From IMG/VR virus record IMGVR_UViG_3300005613_000021, positions 1-64,000 of that record: 64,000 nucleotides of DNA. One strand, 5' to 3'. The translations under genes and the position numbers were made by a program. This document shows, in pieces, positions 7,686-16,636 of the stretch. The stretch's first letter is position 1; every line of letters begins with the position of its first letter. Source of the DNA: a virus. The notes below the pieces were generated by a model. The model was not told the DNA's origin. It saw only the letters and a list, made by a program, of their open reading frames with translations, and did not search any database.

Positions 7686-7812
7686 TCTTTTTCTCCTTTG
7701 GGTTACTTTCTATATCGACATTATACCAAACCAAACTTGAGCAGTCAACAATATTTTTGGAATTTTTATGTCAAGAGATTTTGACACAATTTTTTCTCAT
7801 TTTCTGCAGATT

Positions 7813-7828
7813 TGGCACGGTTTTCGCT
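7813..7828 (+). promoter_or_regulatory. Sigma54-like site TGGCAC-GGTTT-TCGCT
   Basis: One mismatch to consensus. Confidence 0.5.
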
Positions 7829-7937
7829 GGCTGTTTCCATAATTCGACCGGCTAGTTTAGCCGGTACAATTGAGGGAGACAACCCCCCATTGGTGGGGTA
7901 TGGAGCGCTTCACCCCCTTTTTTGGGGGGGTAATGCC

Positions 7938-8129
7938 TCACTTGGGGGGATAGCTACCAATCCAGAGCAGATTGTCACGATACACCCTCGCAAGAGGGGT
8001 GCCATGCCTCTTTCGGATGAGCCTGAGTTGAGCAGCAAGCGTACCCCTGTGTTGAGGGGATGGCCCACACTGAACCCATTCGCCAGCCCACCTATTCAAT
8101 CGTTCATCACTTGAGTAGAAGCCTTGCAT
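7938..8129 (-). CDS. Hypothetical protein (start uncertain)
   Basis: ORF track frame; follows 8147-8359. Confidence 0.6.
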   Translation of the reverse strand: MQGFYSSDERLNRWAGEWVQCGPSPQHRGTLAAQLRLIRKRHGTPLARVYRDNLLWIGSYPPK

Positions 8130-8146
8130 AGTGAACACCCTTTCAG

Positions 8147-8359
8147 TTATTCCCAATTCCTGTAACGCAACCGCAACACACCAGCGGCAGCACGAATACC
8201 ATTTTCGACAGACTCACGATCAACCCCCTCAAGGGTGGGGAGATGCTGTTGAGCAACACGAAGCCAAGTCTGAACTGTAAAATCGTTCAGCTTGTGAAAC
8301 TGATTTTGCAATTCGACAACACTAGGGACACGGCCAATTTCCAAAACGCTCATTTTCAT
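8147..8359 (-). CDS. Hypothetical protein
   Basis: AAGGA RBS; sigma70 promoter at 8379-8406. Confidence 0.7.
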   Translation of the reverse strand: MKMSVLEIGRVPSVVELQNQFHKLNDFTVQTWLRVAQQHLPTLEGVDRESVENGIRAAAGVLRLRYRNWE

Positions 8360-8412
8360 TTTCCTTTCAAGTGAAACTAGTCTACCAAAACTTTCCCACG
8401 TGTCAACCCCCA

Positions 8413-8601
8413 CTATTGGGGTACTGTCATCCAACCACCAAGAATGGCTTTGATGTTGGCCTCGCAAAGCCTAATCATTTTCGGATCGTCGAAAGTGTAG
8501 CCTGTAGACTTTCGAACCACTTTCAGAACCTTCACCCCGCCATTGGGGAGGGTGACGTATTCTGCTGAAATTCCGACGATAGGTGAAATCTTTTTGATCA
8601 T
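8413..8601 (-). CDS. Hypothetical protein
   Basis: AAGGA RBS; dual promoter at 8632-8671. Confidence 0.7.
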   Translation of the reverse strand: MIKKISPIVGISAEYVTLPNGGVKVLKVVRKSTGYTFDDPKMIRLCEANIKAILGGWMTVPQ

Positions 8602-8677
8602 TTTCGTTTTCCTTTTCTCTTGTGTTGCTGAAGTATACTCTACTGATCGTCACTTGTCAAGTTTTTCTTGAAAATTT

Positions 8678-9205
8678 TTATGCCATAGCAAACCCCCCAT
8701 TAGCATCCCACTCGATGGTGGGGATATGCTGGTGAATCATAGACTTTCCGAAACCGATACTATATCCGTCAACCCCCCTGTTGGGGGAGCAGTTTGAGAT
8801 CCATCGTTTGATATCGCGAACACTAGCAGTTTTCACGACAACCCCCCTAGTTGGGTGGACGAAAGCGAAAAACAGAATGTCGAACAATTCTGGCTTGATT
8901 CGGTGAAACTTATACCGCCCAGTTGAGGGGGCCGACAGACTACTCTTGCACTCCACCCGAATGGGGGAGCCATCGACTATAATGGCAAGATCGAAGCTAT
9001 TTTGAGAACCCCCCAGATGGGTGGTCTGTACTCCGATTTTCTGCAATCGCTTTGCTATTAGATTTTCGATTGCAACCCCCCTATCGGGGCATGTCTGGAG
9101 AGAGAGCATATAGCTTGACTCGTTCTTTTGGGGGGTATAAACCGCCTCCCCCCTATTTTGGGTGATTGTGGCGAGCGATTCAAGAATATCGGCGGTGGTG
9201 AACAT
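8678..9205 (-). CDS. PD-(D/E)xK restriction-endonuclease-fold protein
   Basis: RGVAIENL...SFDL...RVECKS motif order. Confidence 0.65.
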   Translation of the reverse strand: MFTTADILESLATITQNRGEAVYTPQKNESSYMLSLQTCPDRGVAIENLIAKRLQKIGVQTTHLGGSQNSFDLAIIVDGSPIRVECKSSLSAPSTGRYKFHRIKPELFDILFFAFVHPTRGVVVKTASVRDIKRWISNCSPNRGVDGYSIGFGKSMIHQHIPTIEWDANGGFAMA

Positions 9206-9282
9206 GCTAGGTTTCCTTGTGGTGAACTATTCAAGTATACCAAAACTTTCCAGACTGCTAACCCCCATTATGGGGGGATCGA

Positions 9283-9474
9283 TCAATTTTTCCATTCCCG
9301 AAATACTAGTTGGATATGCTTGCCATACTTGCTTTGAGCATATCGCAAAGCGGTATATCGACTGTTGTCCGTTGAACCAACGGCACCCAATAGCTTCCCG
9401 CTATCGTCAAAGACATTCCAAATCTTTCGACCACGAGTGTTCATTTCAGCGAGGATATCGTAATTTTTTTCCAT
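9283..9474 (-). CDS. Hypothetical protein (start uncertain)
   Basis: ORF track frame; start trimmed to MEKNY. Confidence 0.6.
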   Translation of the reverse strand: MEKNYDILAEMNTRGRKIWNVFDDSGKLLGAVGSTDNSRYTALRYAQSKYGKHIQLVFREWKN

Positions 9475-9535
9475 TTTTCCAAACTTTCCTAAGGGTGAAA
9501 ACTTTCCTAAACTACCAAACTTGCCAGACCCCCCA

Positions 9536-9745
9536 CTAGAGGTAGAGGGTTTCTGACCAATCCCCACAATGGGGGCATATCACCAACTCCCCCTCTTTGG
9601 GGTAGTCCTCAAGGGGGGCATAGCAACAATCTGAACAGGCGAACAGATCGTAGTCATTTTGGGGGGTAGTTTCTTCCACGTTTACTTTTGCAATGAAATC
9701 TGCCATTTTGGCATCCTCTCGATTGTGGGTGTCATTTCTCTTCAT
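9536..9745 (-). CDS. Small Zn-ribbon protein (CSDC...CPHC); start at 9745 (leaderless) or 9706
   Basis: First gene after the dual promoter at 9752-9792. Confidence 0.7.
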   Translation of the reverse strand: MKRNDTHNREDAKMADFIAKVNVEETTPQNDYDLFACSDCCYAPLEDYPKEGELVICPHCGDWSETLYL

Positions 9746-9810
9746 GCCATCATTATACCTTATTCATCGGCAATGGTCAACCCCTAGCATGAAAAAAAAT
9801 CAGATTTTTT

Positions 9811-9839
9811 TGTAAGTCTTTATATCCCAATGGGTTACG
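9811..9839. repeat. 29-bp palindrome, site f
   Basis: TGTAAGT-CT-TT-ATATCCC-AA-TG-GGTTACG. Confidence 0.65.
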
Positions 9840-9914
9840 TTCAAAAAAAAATCTTCCGTCGCCATTGGACACCTAGTATCGTGAGAATAGGTGAACAACG
9901 TACACTAGTTTGCA

Positions 9915-9988
9915 ACCCCCCATCCGAGGGTGTTCAGCCGTTCACCCCCCATCCGAGGGTGTTCAGCCGTTCACCCCCCATCCGAGGG
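9915..9988. repeat. 2.5 tandem copies of the 29-bp unit ACCCCCCATCCGAGGGTGTTCAGCCGTTC
   Basis: Exact repeats starting at 9915, 9944 and 9973 (partial). Confidence 0.95.
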
Positions 9989-10126
9989 GTTTTTTCATTC
10001 CCCCCATAAGGGGGGTTGTTCCGCCAAAATGGCGGGGGTGGTCTAAACACAATCCAGAACACATATTTAAAATGTAATACCTAAACTATAAAGATTGCCC
10101 CACTATGATACTTCCATCGATAAAAC

Positions 10127-10155
10127 TTGACCCTTTGGTGTATAGATTCTATAAT
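10127..10155 (+). promoter_or_regulatory. Sigma70 promoter TTGACC-N17-TATAAT with an embedded GTGTATA late-type motif
   Basis: Direct motif reading. Confidence 0.75.
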
Positions 10156-10184
10156 AGCATTATAATACTATTGCAGGAGAAACT

Positions 10185-10358
10185 ATGACACATATTTTTG
10201 CAGCATCATCGTTAGTAGTAACAGGAAATCCAGATAATCAACCATCATTAGACGAGCTGAAACTTGTTGATGGTAAAAGCATAGCGGAGTTAATACATGC
10301 CACAGAAAACCAAGGAAAAGATGATTCTAGGAAAAGTGAGCGAAAAACACTTTCTTGA
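10185..10358 (+). CDS. 57-aa hypothetical protein (MTHIFAASSL...)
   Basis: AGGAGA RBS directly after the promoter; not in the ORF track. Confidence 0.55.
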   Translation: MTHIFAASSLVVTGNPDNQPSLDELKLVDGKSIAELIHATENQGKDDSRKSERKTLS

Positions 10359-10920
10359 AACGATAGACAAAATTTGCTACAAGCTGCTTCACAAGTTTAA
10401 ATTTGGCTATCATGACATAGAAGACATGAAACAACAAGCATATATTTTTGCCCTACAAGGACTAGAAAACTATGACACTAGCAAACCCCTAGAAAATTTC
10501 TTATGGACCCACATACGAAATCGACTTTTCAATTTCAAAAGAGACAAATACCAAAGACCAGATCGCCCATGTAATACTTGCGAGTTCTATGACAAAGACT
10601 ATGCCAAAAGCACCAGTCAATGCACACAGTTCAACTGCAAAATCAATTGCCCCTTATACAATAATTGGTATGTAAAAAACAACAATAAAAAGAATCTTAT
10701 GCAAGTAAGTCGCACCGAAGGGGCCGAAAACATTAAAAATAGAGAATTAGATTTTGTTAAAACCTTACAGAATCAAGAGATTCTCAACAAGATAGACCCA
10801 CACATTAAAGTAGAACTTCGCAAATATTATCTTATGGTCCTTTACGGCCAAAAAATTCCCAAAAAATATAACACCCTACTTCTGCAAAACATAAAAGAAA
10901 TACTATCAAGTCATGAGTAA
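10297..10920 (+). CDS. Phage RNA polymerase sigma factor (sigma70 region 2) with a Cys-rich insert
   Basis: DIEDMKQQAYIFALQGLENYD...LENFLWTHIRNRLFNFKR fits region 2.2-2.4. Confidence 0.75.
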   Translation: MPQKTKEKMILGKVSEKHFLETIDKICYKLLHKFKFGYHDIEDMKQQAYIFALQGLENYDTSKPLENFLWTHIRNRLFNFKRDKYQRPDRPCNTCEFYDKDYAKSTSQCTQFNCKINCPLYNNWYVKNNNKKNLMQVSRTEGAENIKNRELDFVKTLQNQEILNKIDPHIKVELRKYYLMVLYGQKIPKKYNTLLLQNIKEILSSHE

Positions 10921-11734
10921 AAAAAGAGGCCAGCTAAGTCTTAGCGAACAAAAACACATACGAGATCATTTTAAAACAGACAGTGTAGAAGACATAGCAG
11001 AATATCTAAATCGCAGCACTGCTCCTATAACAAGATTTATAGAAGAAAACCATCTACTAGCAGGAGATGAAGCTGATGAAGATAGTGACTATCTAAGGCA
11101 CAAACTTCACAAAAAAACTTTCTGGAAAGAAATAGAACGTCAGTTTGATGCTGATACCGGAGAATTAAAATATTTTGAGGACACATGGATAGGCCTTATT
11201 AAACAATTCCGTGAAGATGTGTTGCCCGCTGAGGAACTACAAATTAAACAATTTATCACTATTGACATTCTTATCAATCGATCTATGAAAGAACGCAAAC
11301 GCCACATAGCAGATACTGAACGAATCCAAAGAACGGTTGATGCTGAATACGCAAAACAAGAAGAAGACCGCGATAATGCATACTTAACCAATTTAGAAAC
11401 CCAGTTAAGTTTTGCCCGCAACAGCATCACATCATACACAAACGAATATACCAAACTTCTTGCAGAACAACAAAAAATAAGTAAAGATCTTAAAGCAACA
11501 AGAGAACAAAGAATCAAAAGAATCGAGGACGGCAAATCGTCTTGGACTGGTCTGCTGAGAATGTTGGAGGACGAAAAGATACGAGAGATCGAAGGTCGCC
11601 AAATGGAAATTATTAACATGAGTGTAAAAAAACATATTGATCACTTAGAACAAGTTCATATTTACCAAGATAAAAGTTCCGATATGCCCTTTTTAACACC
11701 AGAGGCGGTAGAAGCAAATGGCCAGACAGATTGA
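10913..11734 (+). CDS. HTH + coiled-coil protein, terminase small subunit candidate
   Basis: N-terminal SVEDIAEYLNRS HTH-like segment; lies upstream of TerL. Confidence 0.45.
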   Translation: MSKKRGQLSLSEQKHIRDHFKTDSVEDIAEYLNRSTAPITRFIEENHLLAGDEADEDSDYLRHKLHKKTFWKEIERQFDADTGELKYFEDTWIGLIKQFREDVLPAEELQIKQFITIDILINRSMKERKRHIADTERIQRTVDAEYAKQEEDRDNAYLTNLETQLSFARNSITSYTNEYTKLLAEQQKISKDLKATREQRIKRIEDGKSSWTGLLRMLEDEKIREIEGRQMEIINMSVKKHIDHLEQVHIYQDKSSDMPFLTPEAVEANGQTD

Positions 11735-11981
11735 TAATAATTATAAGCAATGGCGCAATCAAGTATACAAAAGAGATCAGTATACATGTCAGTGGCCAAA
11801 ATGCGGAACTAAAAAATATTTGAATGCTCACCATATAAAAAGGTGGAGTGATTATCCCGGTTTAAGATTTAATCCTAATAATGGAATTACATTGTGTCGT
11901 AGACATCATAATTTTATTCATGGAAATGAGGATGGTTATGCTCCTTTGTTTTTTAAAATAGTGGCGGCCAAACAATCATGA
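11718..11981 (+). CDS. Small HNH endonuclease (packaging-associated type)
   Basis: RDQYTCQ..CG...AHHI...NGITLCRRHH. Confidence 0.85.
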   Translation: MARQIDNNYKQWRNQVYKRDQYTCQWPKCGTKKYLNAHHIKRWSDYPGLRFNPNNGITLCRRHHNFIHGNEDGYAPLFFKIVAAKQS

Positions 11982-12445
11982 AAAATAAATACTTTGATAT
12001 TATCATAGATACCAGGGAGCAAAAACCTTGGGACTTTAACGATAATTTTAATATAACAAAGGCTAAATTAGACACGGGCGATTATAGCATCGCGGGCCTT
12101 GAAAATATTTTATGCATAGAGAGAAAAAGCAGCGTTAATGAGGTATCAAACAATATAACCGAAAAAAGATTCAAAGACGTACTAGATCGAATGGCAGGAT
12201 ATCCACATAAACACATACTATTTGAATTCGACCTGTATGACATATTACAATTTCCCCGTAACAGTGGCATACCTCCAAAATTATGGAAAAACCTTCGTAT
12301 AACGCCCCTATATCTGCTAAAATACATAACCGAAATAAACACAATATATGGTATACACACCCATTTTTGTGGCAATAGAGAAAGCGCAATGGCATTAGCA
12401 ATTAGCATAATGAAAAGAGTAAATGAGCAGCAAAATAGAAAATAA
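11978..12445 (+). CDS. ERCC4/XPF-family nuclease domain protein
   Basis: IIIDTREQ...LDTGDYS...IERKS signature. Confidence 0.8.
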   Translation: MKNKYFDIIIDTREQKPWDFNDNFNITKAKLDTGDYSIAGLENILCIERKSSVNEVSNNITEKRFKDVLDRMAGYPHKHILFEFDLYDILQFPRNSGIPPKLWKNLRITPLYLLKYITEINTIYGIHTHFCGNRESAMALAISIMKRVNEQQNRK

Positions 12446-14456
12446 AAAATTTGACGAAGCCTGGCTGGGCTTAGGAGATATTAGCAAGATTAAAATAGAT
12501 CGCAACTTAATGGTTGGGCGATCAAAATATGATATTGAACATCCTGATGCTCATCTTTTAAGAATAATGACAGATCCTACATACTTTGGATTTACTGTCA
12601 AGAGTTTGTTCGGAATAGAGCTACATCCTATACAAATAGCAATTCTACAGGAGTTTTGGAATCGTCCTTTTCCAATGTTTATTGCAAGTCGCGGTTTTGG
12701 TAAATCATTTATTCTAGGAATGTATGCTATGCTTAAATGCATGTTTGTTCCTGGAAGTAAAATTGTTATTGTGGGCAGTGCATTTCGACAAAGTAAAATT
12801 ATATTTGAATATATGGAAAATTTGTGGCGTAACAGCGACATTATTAGAAGTATATTCAGTGGGGCTAGTGATGGTCCTAGACGAGATGTAGATCGTTGCA
12901 CGATGCGTCTGGGCGAAAGTTGGGCAGTTGCTATTCCATTAGGAACTGGTGATAAAATTAGAGGTCTTCGTGCCCATATTATTATTGCAGATGAATTTGC
13001 ATCAATAAGTCCTGACATCTACGAAACAGTTGTGTCAGGCTTCGCTGCTGTTAGTGCTAGCCCCATACAAAACGTGAAGGCAGAGGCCAAGAAAAAGGCC
13101 ATGAAAGAAGCGGGCATATGGACGCCAGAGATGGATGAGTTAATGGTTAAGAAAAGTAACCAGGCTATTATTAGTGGAACTGCTGATTATAGCTTTAAGC
13201 ATTTTGCTCAGTATTGGAGAAGATATAAAGCTATAGTAGAAAGCAAGGGTGATACTAGAGAACTAGAAGAAATTTTTGGTGGTCCTGTGCCTGAAAATTT
13301 TAATTGGAAAGATTATAGTGTTATCAGAATTCCATACGAAATGATACCTAAGGGCTTTATGGATGATAAGCAAGTTGCTAGGGCGAAAGCAACTATTCAT
13401 AATGGTATTTATCAGATGGAGTATGCAGCTTGTTTCACTAGCGATAGCGAAGGTTTCTTCAAACGTAGCCTCATAGAGAGTTGCACTTGTAATGAGAAAA
13501 AACCTATAATTGGAATTGAAGGAGAAATTAATTTTGATCCTATTATCAAAGGAGATCCAAATAAACAATATATTATTGGCGTTGATCCTGCTAGTGAAAA
13601 AGATAATTTTAGCATCACAGTAATAGAACTAAACAAAGATCATAGAAGATTAGTATATTGCTGGACTACTAATAGAGGCAACTTTAGAGAAAGACAAAAA
13701 ACAGGACTTACTGAAGACCATGATTTCTATAGTTTCTGCGCTAGAAAAATAAGAAACTTAATGAAAGCCTTTAATGTTATTAGTATAGGTGTTGATGCTC
13801 AGGGTGGCGGTGTTGCTATTGAAGAAGCTTTACACGACCCTAAAAATTTACAAGAAGGAGAAAGCTTAATTTGGCCAAAGATAGATTATGATAAGCCTAA
13901 AGCTACCGATACTCAAGTTGGTTTACACATTATTGAATTAATACAATTTGCAAAGTTTGATTGGCTTGCAGGAGCTAATCATGGATTAAGAAAAGACTTT
14001 GAAGATAAAAAATTAATATTTCCTAGATTCGATTCACTAAGTATTGGTTTGGCTTTAGAAAAAGAGGGTAGAAATATTTTAGATGCAGACCTTAATCCTT
14101 TATACGATAGTTTAAGCGAATGTATTGTTGAGATAGAAGAGTTAAAAAATGAGCTTACAACCATAGTTATGACTCAAACTAGTAGTGGGGTAGGGGCTAG
14201 AGATAGGTGGGATACCCCAGAGGTTAAAGGTTCACATGGTAAAAAAGGAAAATTAAGAAAAGATAGATATAGTTCTCTTTTAATTTCTAACATGATAGCT
14301 AGACAATTAGATTTACAATTATTAGATCCTGAATATAATGTAATAGGTGGAGATAGTAGAAGTATTGTTGCTTCAAAAGATTCTGAAATGTACAAAGGAC
14401 CAGAATGGTTTACAAATGCAGCTAATGACGATATTTATATAGGAATTAACAAATAA
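12423..14456 (+). CDS. terL: Terminase large subunit
   Basis: Q motif LHPIQ, Walker A ASRGFGKS, Walker B IIIADE, nuclease IGVDPA. Confidence 0.92.
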   Translation: MSSKIENKKFDEAWLGLGDISKIKIDRNLMVGRSKYDIEHPDAHLLRIMTDPTYFGFTVKSLFGIELHPIQIAILQEFWNRPFPMFIASRGFGKSFILGMYAMLKCMFVPGSKIVIVGSAFRQSKIIFEYMENLWRNSDIIRSIFSGASDGPRRDVDRCTMRLGESWAVAIPLGTGDKIRGLRAHIIIADEFASISPDIYETVVSGFAAVSASPIQNVKAEAKKKAMKEAGIWTPEMDELMVKKSNQAIISGTADYSFKHFAQYWRRYKAIVESKGDTRELEEIFGGPVPENFNWKDYSVIRIPYEMIPKGFMDDKQVARAKATIHNGIYQMEYAACFTSDSEGFFKRSLIESCTCNEKKPIIGIEGEINFDPIIKGDPNKQYIIGVDPASEKDNFSITVIELNKDHRRLVYCWTTNRGNFRERQKTGLTEDHDFYSFCARKIRNLMKAFNVISIGVDAQGGGVAIEEALHDPKNLQEGESLIWPKIDYDKPKATDTQVGLHIIELIQFAKFDWLAGANHGLRKDFEDKKLIFPRFDSLSIGLALEKEGRNILDADLNPLYDSLSECIVEIEELKNELTTIVMTQTSSGVGARDRWDTPEVKGSHGKKGKLRKDRYSSLLISNMIARQLDLQLLDPEYNVIGGDSRSIVASKDSEMYKGPEWFTNAANDDIYIGINK

Positions 14457-14504
14457 GGTGTAAATGTTCATAAACCAATCACATTGCAATAGTATTGAGA
14501 GAAA

Positions 14505-16622
14505 ATGAAACAACACAACAATAATGAGTTAGAAACCCCTTTTGTTTTTTGGGGAGATAATAAGGATAGTCAAAAGGAGGCCCTAAACGCTTCTGCCGGT
14601 TCTTTAGAAGAATATATAGGTATTCAGCATCACTCTAAAGCAGCTTATGGTAGAACAACTACTAGACAAGATCTTTCAAATATACTACCAAATATTTCTA
14701 GTAAACCAGGCTTAACAAAGTCTGATTATGACTACTATCGTCCTTACGAAGCGGTTCCAAATCAGATATACAATATATTAAACAGAGCGGAATTTATTTA
14801 TCAGAGAGTAGGATTAGTAAAAAATGTAATAGATTTAATGGGGGACTTTGCTGCTCAAGGTATCACTGTTTCTCATCCCAATAAAAGAATAGAAAGATTT
14901 TATAGGAACTGGTTTAAGAAAGTTAATGGGAAAGATCGTAGCGAAAGATTCTTAAACAATCTTTATCGCATAGGGAATGTTGTAATGACAAGAAGAACAG
15001 CTAAGCTTTCTAACAAATCAATTAAAGATATGTATAAAGCTAATGCTGCAGATTTTACAGATCGAGACATTAAACAACAAATAACGACTCTTGGGGCAAA
15101 AGAAATTCCTTGGAAATATACATTTATTGATCCTCTATATATTGAAATCGCTGCTGGTCCGCTAGCTTCTTTTGTTGGCGGGAAAAAGGCATATGGTTTA
15201 AAGCTTCCTGCTCATCTTCGTAAGATCATTAATTCTCCCAAAAATGATGCAGAAAAGTTTATGGTTTCTAAATTGCCTCCAGAGGTAATTGAAGCTGCTA
15301 AAACTAGAAAACCATATTATCTAGATCCTGATAAGGTCATTGTTAATCATTACAAAAAGGATGATTGGCAGACTTGGGCATTTCCAATGATGTATTCCAT
15401 CATGGACGATATCACAGTCCTGGAAAAATTGAAGCTGGCGGATATGGCAGCATTAGATGGTGCTATTTCAAATACTAGAATTTTTAAACTTGGTAATTTA
15501 GACCATAAGATTGCACCAACTAAAGCAGCTGCATCCAAGTTGGCTTCTATATTACAAAACAATGTTGGTGGTGGCACTATGGATATTGTATGGGGTCCGG
15601 ATATTGAGCTGATTGAAAGTAAAACTAATGTTCATCAATTTCTTGGAGAGGCTAAATATACTCCTCATCTTAATAATGTATATGCTGGATTAGGAATCCC
15701 TCCAACTCTCACAGGAACCTATGGGGCGGCTGGTACAACAAACAATTTTATTAGTCTCAAGACTTTAACGCAGAGACTACAATACGGTAGAGATGTTTTA
15801 AAAAGATTTTGGCAAGAAGAATTAGACATGATTCAAAAAGTTATGGGCTTCAGATATTCTGCGAAAATAGAATTTGACAATATGGATCTTAGCGACGAAA
15901 CAGCAGAGAAGGCTCTTATTATTCAATTGGCAGACAGAAATATTGTTTCTAACGAATTTGTGCAAAAGAGATTTGGTGCTGATTCTGAGTTAGAAAATGT
16001 TAGAGTACAAAGAGAAAATAAAGAAGAAACTAAGCTTGGACCATATGTTACTAATGATTATAATTTAAGAAAAGTTGCACTACAATTAGGTATTGCTACT
16101 CCTAGTCAAGTTGGACTAGAACTTGATCCCAATAATAACAATGAGAAAACAATGTTAGAACTGAAAAGTCAATTTGCTCCCAAAAAAGATATCCAGGGCG
16201 TTTCTGGTCAAGGTAGACCCAAAACATCCAAAGATAGCCAACCAAGAAAACAAAAAGAGTTCGTTCCACAAACAGGAGCATCTCTTATAATGAAAGCATT
16301 AGGCTTACAAGATCACATATCTGAAATTGTTAATCCTGTGTTTCTGGAATTCTTTAGCAAAAAAAATATGAGAAGTTTGTCTCAATCAGAATATGAAATT
16401 GCTGATAATATAAAAACTTCAATACTATTTAGTATTAATCCTAAAGATAAAATTACTTCAGATTTAATTAAAGAAAAAATAAAAGCTTCTCAGAATAATC
16501 AAAATATTACTAATAAATATTCTGAATTCTCTAAACAAATCAAATCTCAAATAGATAAAGACTTAACAACAGAAGATTATAAACAATTAAAAGCATATTT
16601 TTACTCTATGGTGTATGCTTGA
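14505..16622 (+). CDS. Portal protein
   Basis: Position after TerL, size, LGIPPTL clip-like motif. Confidence 0.8.
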   Translation: MKQHNNNELETPFVFWGDNKDSQKEALNASAGSLEEYIGIQHHSKAAYGRTTTRQDLSNILPNISSKPGLTKSDYDYYRPYEAVPNQIYNILNRAEFIYQRVGLVKNVIDLMGDFAAQGITVSHPNKRIERFYRNWFKKVNGKDRSERFLNNLYRIGNVVMTRRTAKLSNKSIKDMYKANAADFTDRDIKQQITTLGAKEIPWKYTFIDPLYIEIAAGPLASFVGGKKAYGLKLPAHLRKIINSPKNDAEKFMVSKLPPEVIEAAKTRKPYYLDPDKVIVNHYKKDDWQTWAFPMMYSIMDDITVLEKLKLADMAALDGAISNTRIFKLGNLDHKIAPTKAAASKLASILQNNVGGGTMDIVWGPDIELIESKTNVHQFLGEAKYTPHLNNVYAGLGIPPTLTGTYGAAGTTNNFISLKTLTQRLQYGRDVLKRFWQEELDMIQKVMGFRYSAKIEFDNMDLSDETAEKALIIQLADRNIVSNEFVQKRFGADSELENVRVQRENKEETKLGPYVTNDYNLRKVALQLGIATPSQVGLELDPNNNNEKTMLELKSQFAPKKDIQGVSGQGRPKTSKDSQPRKQKEFVPQTGASLIMKALGLQDHISEIVNPVFLEFFSKKNMRSLSQSEYEIADNIKTSILFSINPKDKITSDLIKEKIKASQNNQNITNKYSEFSKQIKSQIDKDLTTEDYKQLKAYFYSMVYA

Positions 16623-16636
16623 ATTTGGAGGCTAAA

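Noticed and set aside
9915-9988. CRISPR array
   Set aside because: The 29-bp units are contiguous with no spacers, and no cas genes are present.
12423-14456. Intein or intron in TerL
   Set aside because: ATPase and nuclease motifs are normally spaced; no C...HN splice motifs seen.
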